A stretch of DNA of 64,000 bases from Centroscyllium fabricii. Lineage: Eukaryota. This document shows positions 47,172 to 61,218 of this stretch, in pieces. Location: NCBI GenBank assembly GCA_051313645.2, contig JBNRSN020000028.1, forward strand, positions 65,038,001-65,102,000, read 5' to 3'. Both the position numbers and the translations under genes were made by a program. The first letter of the stretch is position 1. Every line of letters starts with the position of its first letter. Below the pieces are notes generated by a model. It saw only the letters and a program-made list of their open reading frames with translations. It did no database searches and was not told the origin of the DNA.

Positions 47172-50100
47172 TGTGGCGGTACCACGACTGACAAATCCGC
47201 CTCGGGAGTTCTGCGGGGCATAGCCCCGCCCACCGGGTGACGCGATGACGTCACCACGTCTCTCGGCGTGATGAGGTCACTAAGCGGGTAGTTTAAATAA
47301 GCCTGCTCCTCGTGGTTCAGTCTCTTTCTTGCTATGTAGTGCAATTAAACAAGTGTTATCTGCCTCTCCGGCTCCTGTGTGGTTCTTGGGTCCTGCAAGC
47401 GCTACAGTGGTGACCCCGACTTGGAACGTCTTCCAAGGAGAAAACAGCAGCTACATGACTGAAAACCAAGCAGCCTCAGAACACTTTCAAAAAAACAACT
47501 TGTCTTCAAGAAACCAAGCTTCTCGATCACAAGGACTTGGCCAGAACCCCGGGCACAGACTGACCCTACCGGAGTTCTGGGAGCAACGCCCGGCAGCGTG
47601 GTTTATGTGTATAGAGACCAGCTGCCGCACACATGGCATCCAGGGGGACGACCGCTACGACCTGGTCTTCTCGGCCCTACCGCAATCTACGATAGATCGG
47701 ATGTGGTCGAAGCTACAGCGCGTGCCCGCAGCAGGCAGGTATGAGTTCCTCAAGGCCGCGCTACTAAAAAATTTACCCCCTCCCAGTTCGAGCGCGACTG
47801 CCAACTCCTTAACCTCCCCGAACTCGGGGACGCAGACCCATCGGACCTTTGGGGCCAAATGCAAGCGCTCACCGCCGATCCCGCCTCCCTGTTCCGCACT
47901 ATATTCCTCCTTAAACTGCCCCGCTCCATCAGACCGGCCCTGGCGGCCTTCTGCCACTGGAGCGGGGACGAGCTAGCCGAGGAAGCCGAATGGCTCATGA
48001 CGGCCGAGCGCACCCGCTCCGCCACGTGCGACCTCACTGCCGCGGCAGTCGAGCACAACCACTCGCCCCCCAGGTCCAACCCAACGCCTGAACCCAGGCC
48101 CCCGCGCACTCCCAAGCTACTGCGTCCATCAAGCACCGGTTGGTGCTACTACCACACGCGGTTCGACACCAAAGCGCACCGCTGCGTCCAGCCCTGCACA
48201 TTCAAGCCACGGCCCGGCCCAGCCCCCACTATGTCTGTAGGACACACCGGAGCACTGCTCTACGTCACAGACAGCGGCACAGGTCTCTGGTTCCTCTGCG
48301 ACACAGGCGCACAGCACAGCATCGTGCCAGCCTCCCCCGCAGAAGCCAAAAAAGGCACCCGGGGCCCACCACTCGCAGCGGCCAACGGCTCAGATATCAA
48401 AACATACGGCACCCGCAAGCTCACAATCCAGCTCGCCAGCCACACGTACCACTGGGAGTTTGTTACGGCCCAGGTCACTTCACCCCTCCTCGGGGCAGAT
48501 TTCCTCTGCGCCCACGGCCTCCTGGTCGACATGACCCGGCGCCGCCTGGTCGACATTCACAATATGTCGACCATCCCATGCTCCACAGGGCCCGCACTCC
48601 TGGCCCATGCGGCGGCACAATGCCGCGCCCGGAACTCTGACGCGTACGGCACGCTCCTCGCTGAGTTCCCAGCCCTTACCAATCCCACCTTCACGGCCCG
48701 CACGGCCAAACACGGGGTGGAACACTTCATCACCACCACCGGCCCTCCCGTGCATGCCCACGCCCGCAGGCTGGACCCGGCCAAGCTGGAGATTGCGCGC
48801 ACCGAGTTCCGCACTATGGAACAACTCGGCATAATCCGCCGCTCCAGCAGCCCCTGGGCGTCTCCCCTCCACATCGCCCCCAAGCCGGGCGGGGGTTGGC
48901 GCCCCTGCGGCGACTACCGCCGCCTCAACAACGCCACCACACCGGATAGGTACCCCGTACCCCACATCCAGGATTTCTCCGCCAGGCTAGCGGGCTGCAC
49001 GATCTTCTCCAAGATCGACCTGATGCGTGGCTACCACCAGGTCCCGGTGCACCCGGCGGATGTCCCTAAGACAGCCGTAATTACCCCCTTCGGCCTGTTC
49101 GAGTTCCTCAGGATTCCCTTTGGACTCAAAAACGTGGCCCAGGCCTTTCAGCGCCTAATGGACTCGGTCCTACGGGACTTGCAGTTCATTTTCGTCTACT
49201 TAGCTGACATCCTCGTGGCCAGCACCTCCCCCCAGGAGCACCTCCTGCATCTCAGGACCCTGTTCCAGTGCCTGACCGAACACGGCCTCATATTAAGCCC
49301 CTCTAAATGCAAATTCGGCCTAGAGATCATAGGCTTCCTCGGCCACCGCATTTCCAAAACCGGGGCCATACCCCTGCCCTCCAAAGTGCAGGCAGTTCAG
49401 GAATTACCCCGCCCGCACTCCATTAAGTGCCTGCAGGAGTTCCTCGGGATTGTTAACTTCTATAACCGCTTCATCCCAGGTGCAGCCGCTCTCATGGCTC
49501 CCCTATACCAGGCCACACGCGGGCAGTCCGGCAAAACTGCGGTCGAGTGGACGGCCAACGCCGCCTCGCCTTTACCACAACCAAGACCACCCTGGCCAAC
49601 GCCACCCTCCTAGCCCACCCCAGGCCCAACGCCAGAGTGGCCCTCACCACTGACGCCTCCGACCACGCGGTCGGGGCCGTTTTCGAACAGTGGACGGGCA
49701 ACTCCTGGCAGCCCCTGGCCTTTTTCAGCCGGCAACTACGGCCCCCGGAGGTTAAGTACAGTGCCTTCGACAGGGAGTTCCTCGCTCTCTACCTCGCGGT
49801 GCGCCATTTTCGCTTCCTCCTGGAGGGCCGTCCCTTCACAGCTTTCGTCGATCATAAGCCACTCATTTTCGCAATGTCTAAGATCGCCGAACCCTGGTCG
49901 GCCAGGCAGCAGCGCCAACTCGCAGCCATGTCGGAGTTCACTACCGACATCAAACACATCTCCGGCCGCGACAACGTGGTTGCTGACTGCCTGTCACGTC
50001 CCACAATTAACGCCGCCCAAATAGCGGTCGACTACACCAAGCTGGCAGCAGACCAGCTGGCAGACCCAGACCTGCTCGACCCAGCAGAAAACCTCCCTGG

Positions 50101-51594
50101 CCTACGCTTGGCCAAAATCGCACATGGCCCCGCGGCCACCATAGTCTGCTGCGACGTATCGTTACCGCAGCCCAGACCCGTCGTCCCCCACGCATGGAGG
50201 CGGCGCATTTTCGAGACCCTCCATGGCCTGTCCCACCCCGGCTCCCGCGCCTCCATTAAACTTATTTCAGCCCGTTTTGTGTGGCACGGCCTACGCAAAG
50301 ACGTCCGCGCCTGGACCAACGCCTGCATCGCCTGCCAGCGCGCCAAGGTGCACAAGCACATCAAGGCCCCGCTGGAAACATTTACCGTGCCGACCAGACG
50401 CTTCGACCACGTCCATGTCGATCTCGTCGGACCACTACCGCCATCCCGGGGCCACACACACGTTATGACCATGGTCGACCGCAACACTCGCTGGCCAGAA
50501 GCAGTCCCCCTGGTTGCTATCAACACCACGGACTTGGCCAGGGCGTTCATCGCCACTTGGGTCGCCCGTTTCGGCATGCCCACCGACATCACGTCGGACA
50601 GAGGTGCCCAATTTACGTCGGCACTATGGGCGGCCATCGCCCGCGACCTCGGGGTGACCCTGCATCGAACCACCGCATACCACCCACAAGCTAACGGGCT
50701 CTGCGAAAGGTTCCACCACTCCATGAAAGCATCACTGCGGGCCAACCTCAAAGACGCATCATGGACTGACCGTCTTCCGTGGGTACTGCTCAGACTACGC
50801 TCGGCGGCCAAAGAAGATCTACACGCCTCAGCAGCGGAACTCGTCTACGGCCAGACTTTAAGAGTGCTGGGCAAGTTCCTCGCCGAATCAAACGCTCCCT
50901 GGTCGGCCGACCAGTTCCTCAAGGACTTTGCCAACCCGGCACGAGCGTTCACACCCTTACCGGTGGCCCGGCACGGAGAGCCGGCGGCACGTGTACCGGA
51001 CAGCATCAAGCACGCAAAGTACGTGTTTGTCCGGCACGACGCCCATCGCTCACCACTACGGCCACCCTATGACGGCCCCTACAGAGTGCTTCGGGCGGAA
51101 TCCAAAGCTTTTCAGCTACAGCTGGGCAATCAGACAGAAACTGTCTCTATCGACCGGCTAAAACCGGCACACGTTATAGCGGGCGACGCGACAGTCCCCG
51201 CCCAACCACCTCAACGCGGACGCCCTCCCGCACCAACACCCGCCCACACTCCACCACAGAACCAGGAGCAACGCACGACACGTGCCGGCCGCATCTTACG
51301 GCCACCACAACGCCTCACATAGACTCTTTCTCCTCTCGGACGGATTCTGGGGGGAGCTGTGTGGCGGTACCACGACTGATGAATCCGCCTCGGGAGTTCT
51401 GCAGGGCATAGCCCCGCCCACCGGGTGACGCGATGACGTCACCACGTCTCTCAGCGTGATGAGGTCACTAAGCGGGTAGTTTAAATAAGCCTGCTCCTCG
51501 TGGTTCAGTCTCTTTCTTGCTATGTAGTGTAATTAAACAAGTGTTATCTGTCTCTCCGGCTCCTGTGTGGTTCTTGGGTCCTGCAGGCGCTACA
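47172..51594 (+). mobile_element. Full-length but defective Gypsy LTR retrotransposon
   Basis: 235-bp LTRs at 47172-47406 and 51360-51594 with about 7 differences. AGGG TSD. tRNA-Trp-type PBS TGGTGACCCCGAC. PPT ggggggag. Confidence 0.95.
47455..51322 (+). pseudogene. pol: Gypsy gag-pol with frameshifts; RT catalytic motif reads YLAD
   Basis: LPEFW..PAAWF, CYYH...C..PC, CDTGA, WRPCGDYRRLN, TDASD, HHCC, SDRGAQF and GPY. Confidence 0.9.
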
Positions 51595-51826
51595 AGGGAG
51601 CCGTTTCAGACTCGGTGGAACCAATTGTAAGTCTGGTTAACAGCTGGGCCAAGGAGTTTCACTGGAAAGGATAGTCAGTTGAATTTACACAAACACATGC
51701 CATTGTGCCATTCTGTGGTTTGATTGTTCCAGCCATTTCCTTGGTTAGCATATTCATGAAGTAAAAGGAGTAATTTCTGTGGTTCTCATCCCGTTTAATC
51801 CAGAGCATGTATTACAAATTCCTTTT

Positions 51827-53245
51827 GCATGATCTTTGCCGCACGTCAATTACAAGAGAAATGTAGGGAACAGCACCTGCCGCTGTACATGGTCTTCTTT
51901 GATCTCACAAAGGCCTTCGACATTGTCAACCGTGATTATGGAGTGTCCTCCTCAAAATCAGCTGCCCTCAAAAGTTTGTCACCATCCTCCGCCTGCTTCA
52001 CAACAACATGCAAGCTGTGATCCTGACCAACAGACTCAATTCACGTATGAACCGGGGTCAAGCAAGGCTGTGCCATTGCACCAATGCTCTTCTCGATCTT
52101 CCTTGCTGCAATGCTCCATCTCACCCTCAGTAAGCTCCTCACTGGAGTGGAGCTTATTTACAGAACAAACGGGAAACTGTTTGACCTCCGTCGCCTCCAC
52201 TCCAGATCCAAGGTCGTCCCATCCTCTGTCATTGAATTACAGTATGCAGACGATGCTTGCGTCTGCGCTCGCTCGGAGGTCAAACTCCAAACCATCGCCA
52301 ACACCTTCACTGAAGCATACGAGAGCATGGGCCCTACACTAAACATCCATTAGACAAAGGTCATCTACCAACCTGCCCCCGCCACACAGTACTATTCCCC
52401 AATTATCAAAATCAAAGACAAAGCCTTGGATAAGGTGGACAATTTTCCATATCTCGGGAGCCTACTGTCAACAAGGGCAGACGTTGACAACGAAGTCCAA
52501 CGCCGCCTTCAGTGTGCCAGTGCAGTCTTCGGTCGCCTGAGGAAGGGAGTGTTTGAAGACCAGGACCTCAAACCCGGTACTAAGCTCATGGTCTACAGAG
52601 CAGCAGTGATACCCGCCACGCTGTATGCCTCAGAGACATGGATCATGTACAGCAGGCTCCGCAAAGCACTGGAGAGGTACCACCAACGCTGCCTCCGCAA
52701 GATCCTGCAAATCCATTGGCAGGATAGGCGCACCAATGTCAGTGTTCTTGCTCAGGCCAACATCCCCAGCATCGAAGCTTTGACCACACTCGAACAGCTC
52801 CGATGGACGGGTCACATTGTCCGCATGCCCGATGCAAGACTCTCAAAACAAACGATCTACTTGGAGCTCGACATGGCAAGAGAGCCCCAGGTGGGCAGAG
52901 GAAACGCTTCAAGGGCAGCCTCAAAGCCTCCTTGAAAAAGTGGAACATCCCCATCGACACCTGGGAATCCCTGGCCAAAGACAGCACAAAGTGGAGGAGA
53001 TGCATCCGGGAAGGCGCCGAACACCTCGAGTCTCTTCGCCGGGAGCAAGCGGAAGCCAAGCGCATGCAGCACAAGGTGCGCATGTCAATCCAAGCACCCC
53101 ACCCACCCGCTGCTGCAACCACCGTCTGCCCCACCTGTGACAGAGACTGTAGGTCCCGCATTGGACTTATCAGTCGCCTGAGAACTCATTTTTAATGTGG
53201 AAGCAAGTCACCATCGGTTCTGAGGGACTGCCTAAGAAGAAGAAG
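51827..53245 (+). mobile_element. 5'-truncated RTE (BovB-like) LINE
   Basis: MIFAARQLQEKCREQ..FDLTKAFD, YADD, FPYLGS and C-terminal CPTC..SRIGL. (AAG)n tail. 16-bp TSD attacaaattcctttt. Confidence 0.92.
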
Positions 53246-53526
53246 ATTACAAATTCCTTTTAAAAGTCTTGTTGGTTCCTCAGGTGTTCAGTTTCTTATG
53301 ATTGGTCAATTTCACAAAACTGCATTTACAGTCCAGCTGTTTGGCCCTGTAATGTTGGTATAATTTAATTTGAATGCGTTCTTGCTGCAGGAACTGGCTA
53401 CAATTGTCTCATTGAAATGAATGAAGGAAAGTCCTTACATAATTTGAACAGCCCATCAGACCACCACACCGCCTCGTCCACTCCTCTTAAGCGGATTCTG
53501 GGGGAACTCTGTGGCGGGTCGCCACC

Positions 53527-55930
53527 TGAAGCGCGAATAACTGCTAGCGGAGGCCATCTTATAAAAGCAATTAAAGGCTTTTATTATATCTTAGAACTAG
53601 ACGTGGTCCAACAGAGCTCGGTACGAATCTGGCCCTCAGGTAGCGAACCAGAGGTTATAAGCCTGTCCTGAGGGGAGGAGTTGAGGGTGAAGTCCGTTGG
53701 GCCACGTGATCACATTACCTGGGGTGAGTCACACATAACATATTTACATACAGTCTCAGGCAAAGTGAGTCACCCCTATTATACACAACACAATGAGTGA
53801 TAAATGTACAGATTATGGTTCCCTATTATATACAACACGATGAGTGATAAATGCACAGATTATAGTTTATCAAATTCACCCCTTTCTAAAAACTGAGTCC
53901 GGTGGGGTGAATGGCCACCACGCCCCCCCCATCGTCCTTCAGAGCCTCTCCGGAGGCTTAATGGTCCTTGAAGAGCGACGAAGGGCTGGCTGCGGCAGCG
54001 GGGATGCCGGTAGTGGGTCAGCCTGCGTCATCGGCTCTCGGCGGGGCGGTTCGCAGGTCGAGTCGGAGTCAGGGGGTTCCAGCGGGGGGCTAGCGTTGAC
54101 CAAGCAGGGGGAAGGCCAGGGCTGGAACGGGCCGGTTACGACGGGTATGCGCCGGGGGTGGTGTCGGGGGCGGGCGGTGGCCAGGGCTCCTCAATCGAGA
54201 TCCCCGCGGGGGCTAGGTCCCGGATGGGGACCATGTCCTCCCGGCCGTCCAGGTACACCACATACGCGTATTGCAGATTTGCGTGAAGCAGATGTACCCG
54301 TTCGACCAGGGGGTCGGTCTTGTGGCCCCGGACATGCTTTTTAAGCAAAACCGGTCCCGGGGTGGTCAGCCCCATCGGGAGCGGCGTCCCAGAGGTCGAT
54401 TTCCTGTGGAAGGAAAACAGGGCATCGTGAGGAGTGCAGTTCGTAGCTGGACACAAAAGCGAGCGGATAGAGTGAAGCGCATGAGGTAGTACCTCGGGCC
54501 ACCGGGAGGTCGGGAGACCTCTAGACTTGAGAGCTAGAGTGATGGCCCTCCAAACCGTCCCATTCTCTCTTTCCACCTGTCCATTCCCCCAGGGGTTGTA
54601 GCTGGTGGTTCTGCTCGAGGCAATCCCCTTCTGGAGCAGAAACTGGTGAAGCTCGTCACTTATAAATGACGACCCCCGGTCACTGTGGACGTATTTGGGG
54701 AAGCCAAACATGGTGAAGAGAGAATTGAGGCATTTAATGACCGTCATGGTGGTCATGTCTGGGCAGGGGTAGGCAAAGGGTAACCGGGAGTACTCATCGA
54801 CCATCGTGAGGATATACGTACTCCGGCCAGCGGAGGGGAGGGGACCCTTAAAGTCGATGCTCAGACGTTCGAAGGGTCGGGTGGCCTTGATGAAGCGTGC
54901 TCGGACCGGCGTATAAAAACGGGGTTTGCATTCTGCGCAAACCGAGCACTCCTTGGTCATGGACCGAATCTCTTCTATGGAGTAGGGGAGGTTGCGGGAT
55001 TTGACAAAGTGGGCGAGCCTCGTATCCCCAGGGTGGCAGAGGAGGTCGTGGAGGGCTCGTAATTTGTCGATCTGTACACTGGCGCATGTACTCCGGGATA
55101 GGGCGTCCGGGGGCTCATTGAGCTTACCGGGCCGGTACAGAATATCGTACTCATAGGTGGAGAGTTCGATTCGCCACCTAAGAATTTTGTCATTCTTAAT
55201 CTTACCCCGCTGTTTAATATCAAACATATACGCTACCGAACGTTGGTCGGTGAGCAGGGTAAAACGCTTCCTGGCCAGGTAGTGGCGCCAGTAACGGATG
55301 GCCTCCACAATGGCTTGGGCCTCCTTCTCGACGGAAGTGTGTCGGGTTTCGGGGCCTTGGAGGGTGCGAGAGAAGAAGGCGACGGGCCGGCCTGCCTGGT
55401 TAAGGATGGCGGACACGGCGAAGTCGGATGCGTCGCTCTCCACCTGGAAGGGGAGTGACTCGTCAATGGCCTGTATAGCTGCCTATGGACGTTTGATGGA
55501 CGCGAATGCCGTGTGGGCTTCGGCCGGGAGTGGGAAGGTGGTGCTTTGAGGAGTGGCCGGGACTTGTCCGCATATTGGGGCACCCACTGGGCATAATACG
55601 AAAAGAACCCTAAACACCTTTTCAGGGTTTTCGAGTTAGCTGGCAGGGGCAGCTCTTGGAGAGGGCGCATGCGTTCGGAGTCGGGACTAAGGACACCATT
55701 CTCCACCACATAGCCCAAGATGGCCAGACGGGTGGTGGAGAAGGAGCATTTGTCCCGGTTATAGGTGAGATTCAACCGTTCCGCTGCCCGGAGGAATCTC
55801 TGCAGGTTCATGTCGTGATCTTGCTGATCATGGCCGCAGATCGTGACATTGTCAAGGTAGGGAAAAGTAGCTGTCAGGGCAAACTTATCGACCATCGTAC
55901 GCTGGAACACCGACACCCCATTCATAACAC
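53527..55930 (-). mobile_element. 3' half of a Gypsy element (same family as 16335-21286): RT-RH-IN, PPT and LTR
   Basis: ORFs 55233-55925 and 54136-55443 closely resemble 18077-20923. Minus-strand PPT agaaaggggtgaa at about 53875-53887. LTR at about 53527-53870. Confidence 0.85.
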
Positions 55931-55934
55931 CAAA

Positions 55935-58900
55935 TCGACACCGGTGCGCAGCAGAACATTGTTCCCGCCTCCGCCCTCAAAATTCAAAAAGGGCGCACGA
56001 GGACCGGCACTCGCTGCTGCAAACGGGTCAGACATCGTGATGTACGGCACCCGTACGGTCACATTCGACCTCACCGGTCGCCGCTACCTATGGGGGTTTA
56101 TCGCAGCTAAGGTACTCTCACCCCTCCTCAGTGCGAACTTCCTGTGCACACACGGCCTACTGGTCGACATGCCCCGGCGCCACCTCGTGGACATGAACAC
56201 CATGTCCCCCATCCCTGGCACCATGGCCCCTGCCCAGCCCGCCGACATGGCGGCACAGTGCCGCGTCCAGACCACAGGTGTCTACTCGGCACTCCTGACT
56301 GAGTTCCCGGCCTTCACAGCTGAGGTCGCCAAGCACGGGGTGGAACATTTCATCCCCATCACAGGGCTGCCAGTACATGCCCACACCCGCAGGCTGGACC
56401 CAGCCAAACTGGAGATCGCGCGGAACGAGTTCGCCATGATAGAGCAACTCGGTATCATCCACCGCTCCAACAGACCCTGGGCCTCCCCACTCCACATCGC
56501 CCCCAAACCCGACACCACCACACCTGATCGGCACCCCTACCGCACATTTAGGACTTTTCGGCTAGACTGGCCGGCTGCTCAGTCTTCAACCAAAGTCAAC
56601 CTGGTGCGCGGATACCACCAAGTCCCCGTCCACGCCAACGACATCCCGAAGACGGCCGTAATCACACCCTTTGGCCTGTTCGAGTTCCTGAGAATGCCCT
56701 TCGGCCTCAAAAATGCAGCCCAGGCATTCCAGCGGCTAATGGGTTTGGTCCTATGGGACCTGAAGTTCCTGTTGATCAACCTAGATGACATCCTGGTAGC
56801 CAGCTCCTCCAAACAGGAGCACCTCGAACACCTTTAAACCCTGTTCAAGCGCCTCAGCGAACACGGGCTCATCCTCAGCCTGGCCAAGTGCCAGTTCGGC
56901 CTGGACCGCATCGACTTCCTCGGCCACCACATCACCCAGGCCAGGGCCTTCCCCTGCCCACCAAGGTGCAGGCCATCCAGCAGTTCCCCCGCCCCAACAC
57001 CATCAAGGGCCTACAAGCACCAGACCTGAAGATTGGGAACAGTTTAGGATACAACAAAGGAGGGCAAAGGGATTAATCAGGAGGGGAAAAATAGCGTACG
57101 AAAGTAAGCTGGCGGCAAACATAAAAACTAACTCCAAAAGCTTTTACAAGTATATTAAGAGGAAAAGACTGGTGAAATCCAAAGTCGGTCCATTACGGTC
57201 AGATTCTGGGGAATATATAATGGGAAATAAGGAAATGGCAGACCAATTAAATGCATATTTTGGGTCTGTCTTCACAAAGGAAGACACAAAAAACCTCCCT
57301 GAGATATCGGGAACCATAGGGACAATTGCAAGGGAGGAACTGACAAAAATCAATATCTCTAAGGATATGGTGTTGGGGAAGCTAAAGGGACTAAAGGCTG
57401 ACAAATCCCCAGGGCCTGATAACATGCATCCTAGGGTACTCAAGGAGGTGGCCCTAGAGATAGCAGAGGCGTTAAGTATAATTTTCCAGAATTCGATAGA
57501 CTCGGGAACAGTGCCCATGGATTGGAGGGTAGCTAACGTTACCCCACTGTTTAAAAAGGGGGGTAGGGAGAAAGCGGGTAATTACAGACCTGTAAGCCTT
57601 ACATCGGTGGTGGGCAAAATGTTGGAGTCCATCATTAAGGATGTAATAGCAGAGCACTTGGCAAATGGGGACAGGATAGGACAGAGTCAACATGGATTTA
57701 CAAAAGGTAAATCGTGCTTGACGAATCTGTTGGAATTCTTTGAGGAAGTAACTGGTAAAATAGATGGGGGAGAGCCAGTAGATGTGGTGTACCTGGACTT
57801 CCAAAAAGCCTTCGATAAGGTCCCACATAAAAGATTAGCATGTAAAATCAAGGCGCATGGGATAAGGGGAAAAGTATTGACGTGGATAGAGAACTGGCTG
57901 GCAGATAGAAAACAGAGAGTTGGAATAAACGGCTCATTTTCTGAATGGCAGGCAGTAACAAGTGGGGTACCTCAGGGATCTGTTCTGGGTCCCCAGCTGT
58001 TCACAATTTATATTAATGACCTAGATCAGGGAATCGGATGCAGCATCTCCAAATTCGCAGACGACACTAAACTAGGAGGGGGGGTAGGCTCAGAGGAGGG
58101 GATCAGGAAGCTCCAGAGCGATTTGGACAAATTGGGGGACTGGGCAGATACATGGCAAATGCACTATAATGTGGATAAGTGTGAAGTTATCCACCTTGGG
58201 GGCAAAAACGGGAGGGCAAATTATTATTTAAATGGCAATAGATTGGGAGATGGGGAAGTACAGCGAGACCTGGGTGTTCTTGTGCACCAGTCATTGAAGG
58301 CGAGCATGCAGGTGCAACAGGCGGTCAGGAAGGCAAATGGTATGCTGGCCTTCATATCAAAAGGGTTAGAATACAGGAACAAGGACACCTTACTACAGCT
58401 GTACAGGGCACTGGTGAGACCACACCTCGAGTACTGTGTGCAGTTTTGGTCGCCTCATCTGAGGAAGGATGTTCTTGCCATGGAAGGAGTGCAGCGGCGA
58501 TTCACCAGGCTGATACCAGGAATGGCAGGAATGACCTATGAGGAGAGACTATGTAGTTTGGGGATGTACACACTGGAGTTTAGAAGATTGAGAGGGGATC
58601 TCATAGAAACATATAAAATTCTGACAGGCCTGGACAGACTAGATGCAGAAGGAATGTTTCCGATGGCAGGAGAGTATAGAACTAGGGGACACAGTTTAAG
58701 GATAAGGGCTAAACCATTTAGGACAGAGATGAGGAGGAATTTCTTCACCCAGAGAGTGGTGAACCTGTGGAACTCACTGCCACAGAGGGCAGTGGACGCC
58801 AGCTCATTAAACATATTTAAGAGGGAATTAGATATATTTCTGCAGGCAAAAGGGGTTAAAGGTTACGGAGAGAAGGCAGGGACGGGATACTGAACTGAAG

Positions 58901-61218
58901 GATCAGCCATGATCTCATTGAATGGCGGAGCAGGCTCGAAGGGCCGAATGGCCTACTCCTGCTCCTATCATCTATGTATCTATGTATCTATGTAAGAGTT
59001 CCTGGGGATGGTGAACTTTTACAATGATGCTTCATCGCCAAAGCGGCATCCCTCATGGGCCCCCTCTACCAGGCCCTCCGTGGCAAGAGTGGCAAGATGG
59101 CGGTCGAATGGACGACGGACGCCTCCTCCGCCTTCGCTTCCACGAAATCGGCGCTAGCCGACGCCACTCTGCTCACACTTCCACAGCCCAAAACCAAAAT
59201 AGCGCTCACCACGGACGCCCCCGCCATGCATGAGCAGTGGGTCAATGGCGCCTCACAGCCCCACGCCTTTTTCAGTCGCCAACTGCGCCCCCCGGAGGTG
59301 AAATACAGCACCTTCGGCCACGAGCTCCTCGAGATGTACCTGGCGGTCTGCCATTTTCGGTTCTTGCTGGAGGGCCACCCCTTCACCGCGTTTGTCGACC
59401 ACAAACCCCTGACATTTGCAATGGCAAAGGCAACCGACCCCTGGTCCGCCAGACAGCAGCGCCAGCTCGCAGCCGTGTCCAAATTTATCATGGACATCCA
59501 GCACATCTCCGGTCGAGACAACGTGGTAGGCGACTGCCTCTCCCGCCCAGCCATCCACGCCACACACCTGGCAGTCGACTACGCCCAGCTCGCAGTGGAC
59601 CAGCTCACAGACCCTGACCTGCTCTCCGCACCCACCAGCCTACCTGGCCTGCAGTTGGCCGACGTCGCCTACGGCCCCACCGCGGTCGCAGTTAAATGCG
59701 ACGTGTCCCTGCCCCAACTCCGGCCCATCGTCCCGGCATCCTGGCAGTGGCAGGTCTTTGACATAGTCCACAGCCTGTCCCACCTCGGCACCCGCGCTTC
59801 AATCAAAATGGTGGCCATCGTTTTGTCTGGTGCGGCCTTAGCAAAGATGCGCATACTTGGGCCAACTCCTGCATTGCCTGCCAACAGGCCAAGATGCAAC
59901 AGCACACCAAAGCACCCCTCGGGGGTTTCGCCATTCCCGCACGGCGATTCGACCACGTCCACGTGGACATCGTGGGACCTCTGCTGCCATCACAAGGCCA
60001 GACCCACTTGTTCACCATCGTGGACCGCACCACGCGCTGGCCTGAAGCGAGACCACTGGCCTCCACCACCAGGGCAGACCTCGCCAGGGCCTTCGTCAGC
60101 ACGTGGGTTGCCCGGTTCGGCGTCCCCGCCGACATGACATCGGACAGAGGCCCTCAGTTCACCTCTACACTATGGACTGCGGTTGCTCACAACCTCGGGG
60201 TGACCTTACACCGCACCATGGCATACCACCCACAAGCCAACGGACTGTGTGAACGTTTCCACAGATCCATGAAGGCTTCCCTGCGAGCCAGCCTTACAGA
60301 CAATACGTGGACAGACTGCCTCCCATGGGTTATTCTCGGCCTACACTCCGTGGTCAAGGAGGACCTCCACGCTTCGGCAGCGGAACTCGTGTACGGCCAG
60401 CCGCTGCGCGTACCCGGTGAGTTCCTGCCCACCGCCACTACGCCCTGGTCAGCCAACCAGCAACGTCTCGACTTCGCTGCCTTGACACAACGGGTCGCCC
60501 TGGTGCCCGTGGCCCGGCACGGCGAACCAACATCACACATCCCGCCTGGCCTGCACCAGGCGCAGTTCATTTTCGTCCGCCATGACGCTCACCGCGGACC
60601 TCTACAACCCCTGTACGACGGGCCCTATGAGGTGCTACAGGCGGGGGCCAAGTGCTTCAAACTGCAGGTGGGCAACAGAACTGAAACTGTGTCAGTCGAC
60701 CAACTCAAGCCGGCACACACTGAACCCGGCAAACCCACTGCAGTGGCCTGCCCACTGTCACGCGGGCACCCCCCCGGCCAACCAACTCGCCCAGCCTCTC
60801 CTCGTCCACCGACGCCATGCAAGAGCGCAGCTCCGGCCAGCCCATCAGACCACCACACTGCCTCGTCCACTCCTCTTAAGTGGATTCTGGGGGAACTCTG
60901 TGGCGGGTCGCCACCTAAACGGGCGGATCCGCTTCGACGTCCACGGACGCCTCACCAGGCAACACGCTTGCAAGACTCTGCTCGTTCAGAGCTCTGCTGC
61001 TGGCGCACTGCCATCATCACGCAGCCGTACCGGTATGCGCGCTGATGTCATCACGCAGCCACACCCGCTTACAGGCTGACGTCATGACGCAGCCCGCCCT
61101 GTATATATTTGAACGAAAGAGCGCGAATTGCTCACTCTGTTACGTGATGCTATTAAAGTAAGTTCTGTTTAACTCATTTGGTCTTGGCCTCTACTCGTGT
61201 CTGCCAGCAGCCTCAACA
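55935..61218 (+). mobile_element. 5'-truncated degenerate Gypsy (same family as 47172-51594), split by CR1; 3' LTR at 60899-61218
   Basis: DTGAQQ, NLDD, IKGLQ|EFLGM across the CR1, SDRGPQF and GPY. PPT gggggaac followed by TGTGGCGG...CA. Confidence 0.85.
57018..58993 (+). mobile_element. 5'-truncated CR1 LINE (second family) with a 573-aa open RT ORF
   Basis: NYRPVSLTS, PQGS, FADD and RRNFFTQRVV. (TATCTATG)n tail. Confidence 0.93.

Noticed and set aside
47600-51200. Numerous overlapping alternative-frame and antisense ORFs
   Set aside because: Expected from GC-rich Gypsy coding sequence. No independent signals.
46410-53440. Possible minus-strand solo LTR hosting the hammerhead insert, Gypsy and RTE (also an LTR-like stretch at about 43075-43800)
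   Set aside because: Composition is suggestive, but I could not identify both termini or a TSD.
55656-56837. 393-aa ORF as a novel fusion protein
   Set aside because: Chance open frame across a deletion junction between an antisense Gypsy RT and a sense Gypsy PR-RT.
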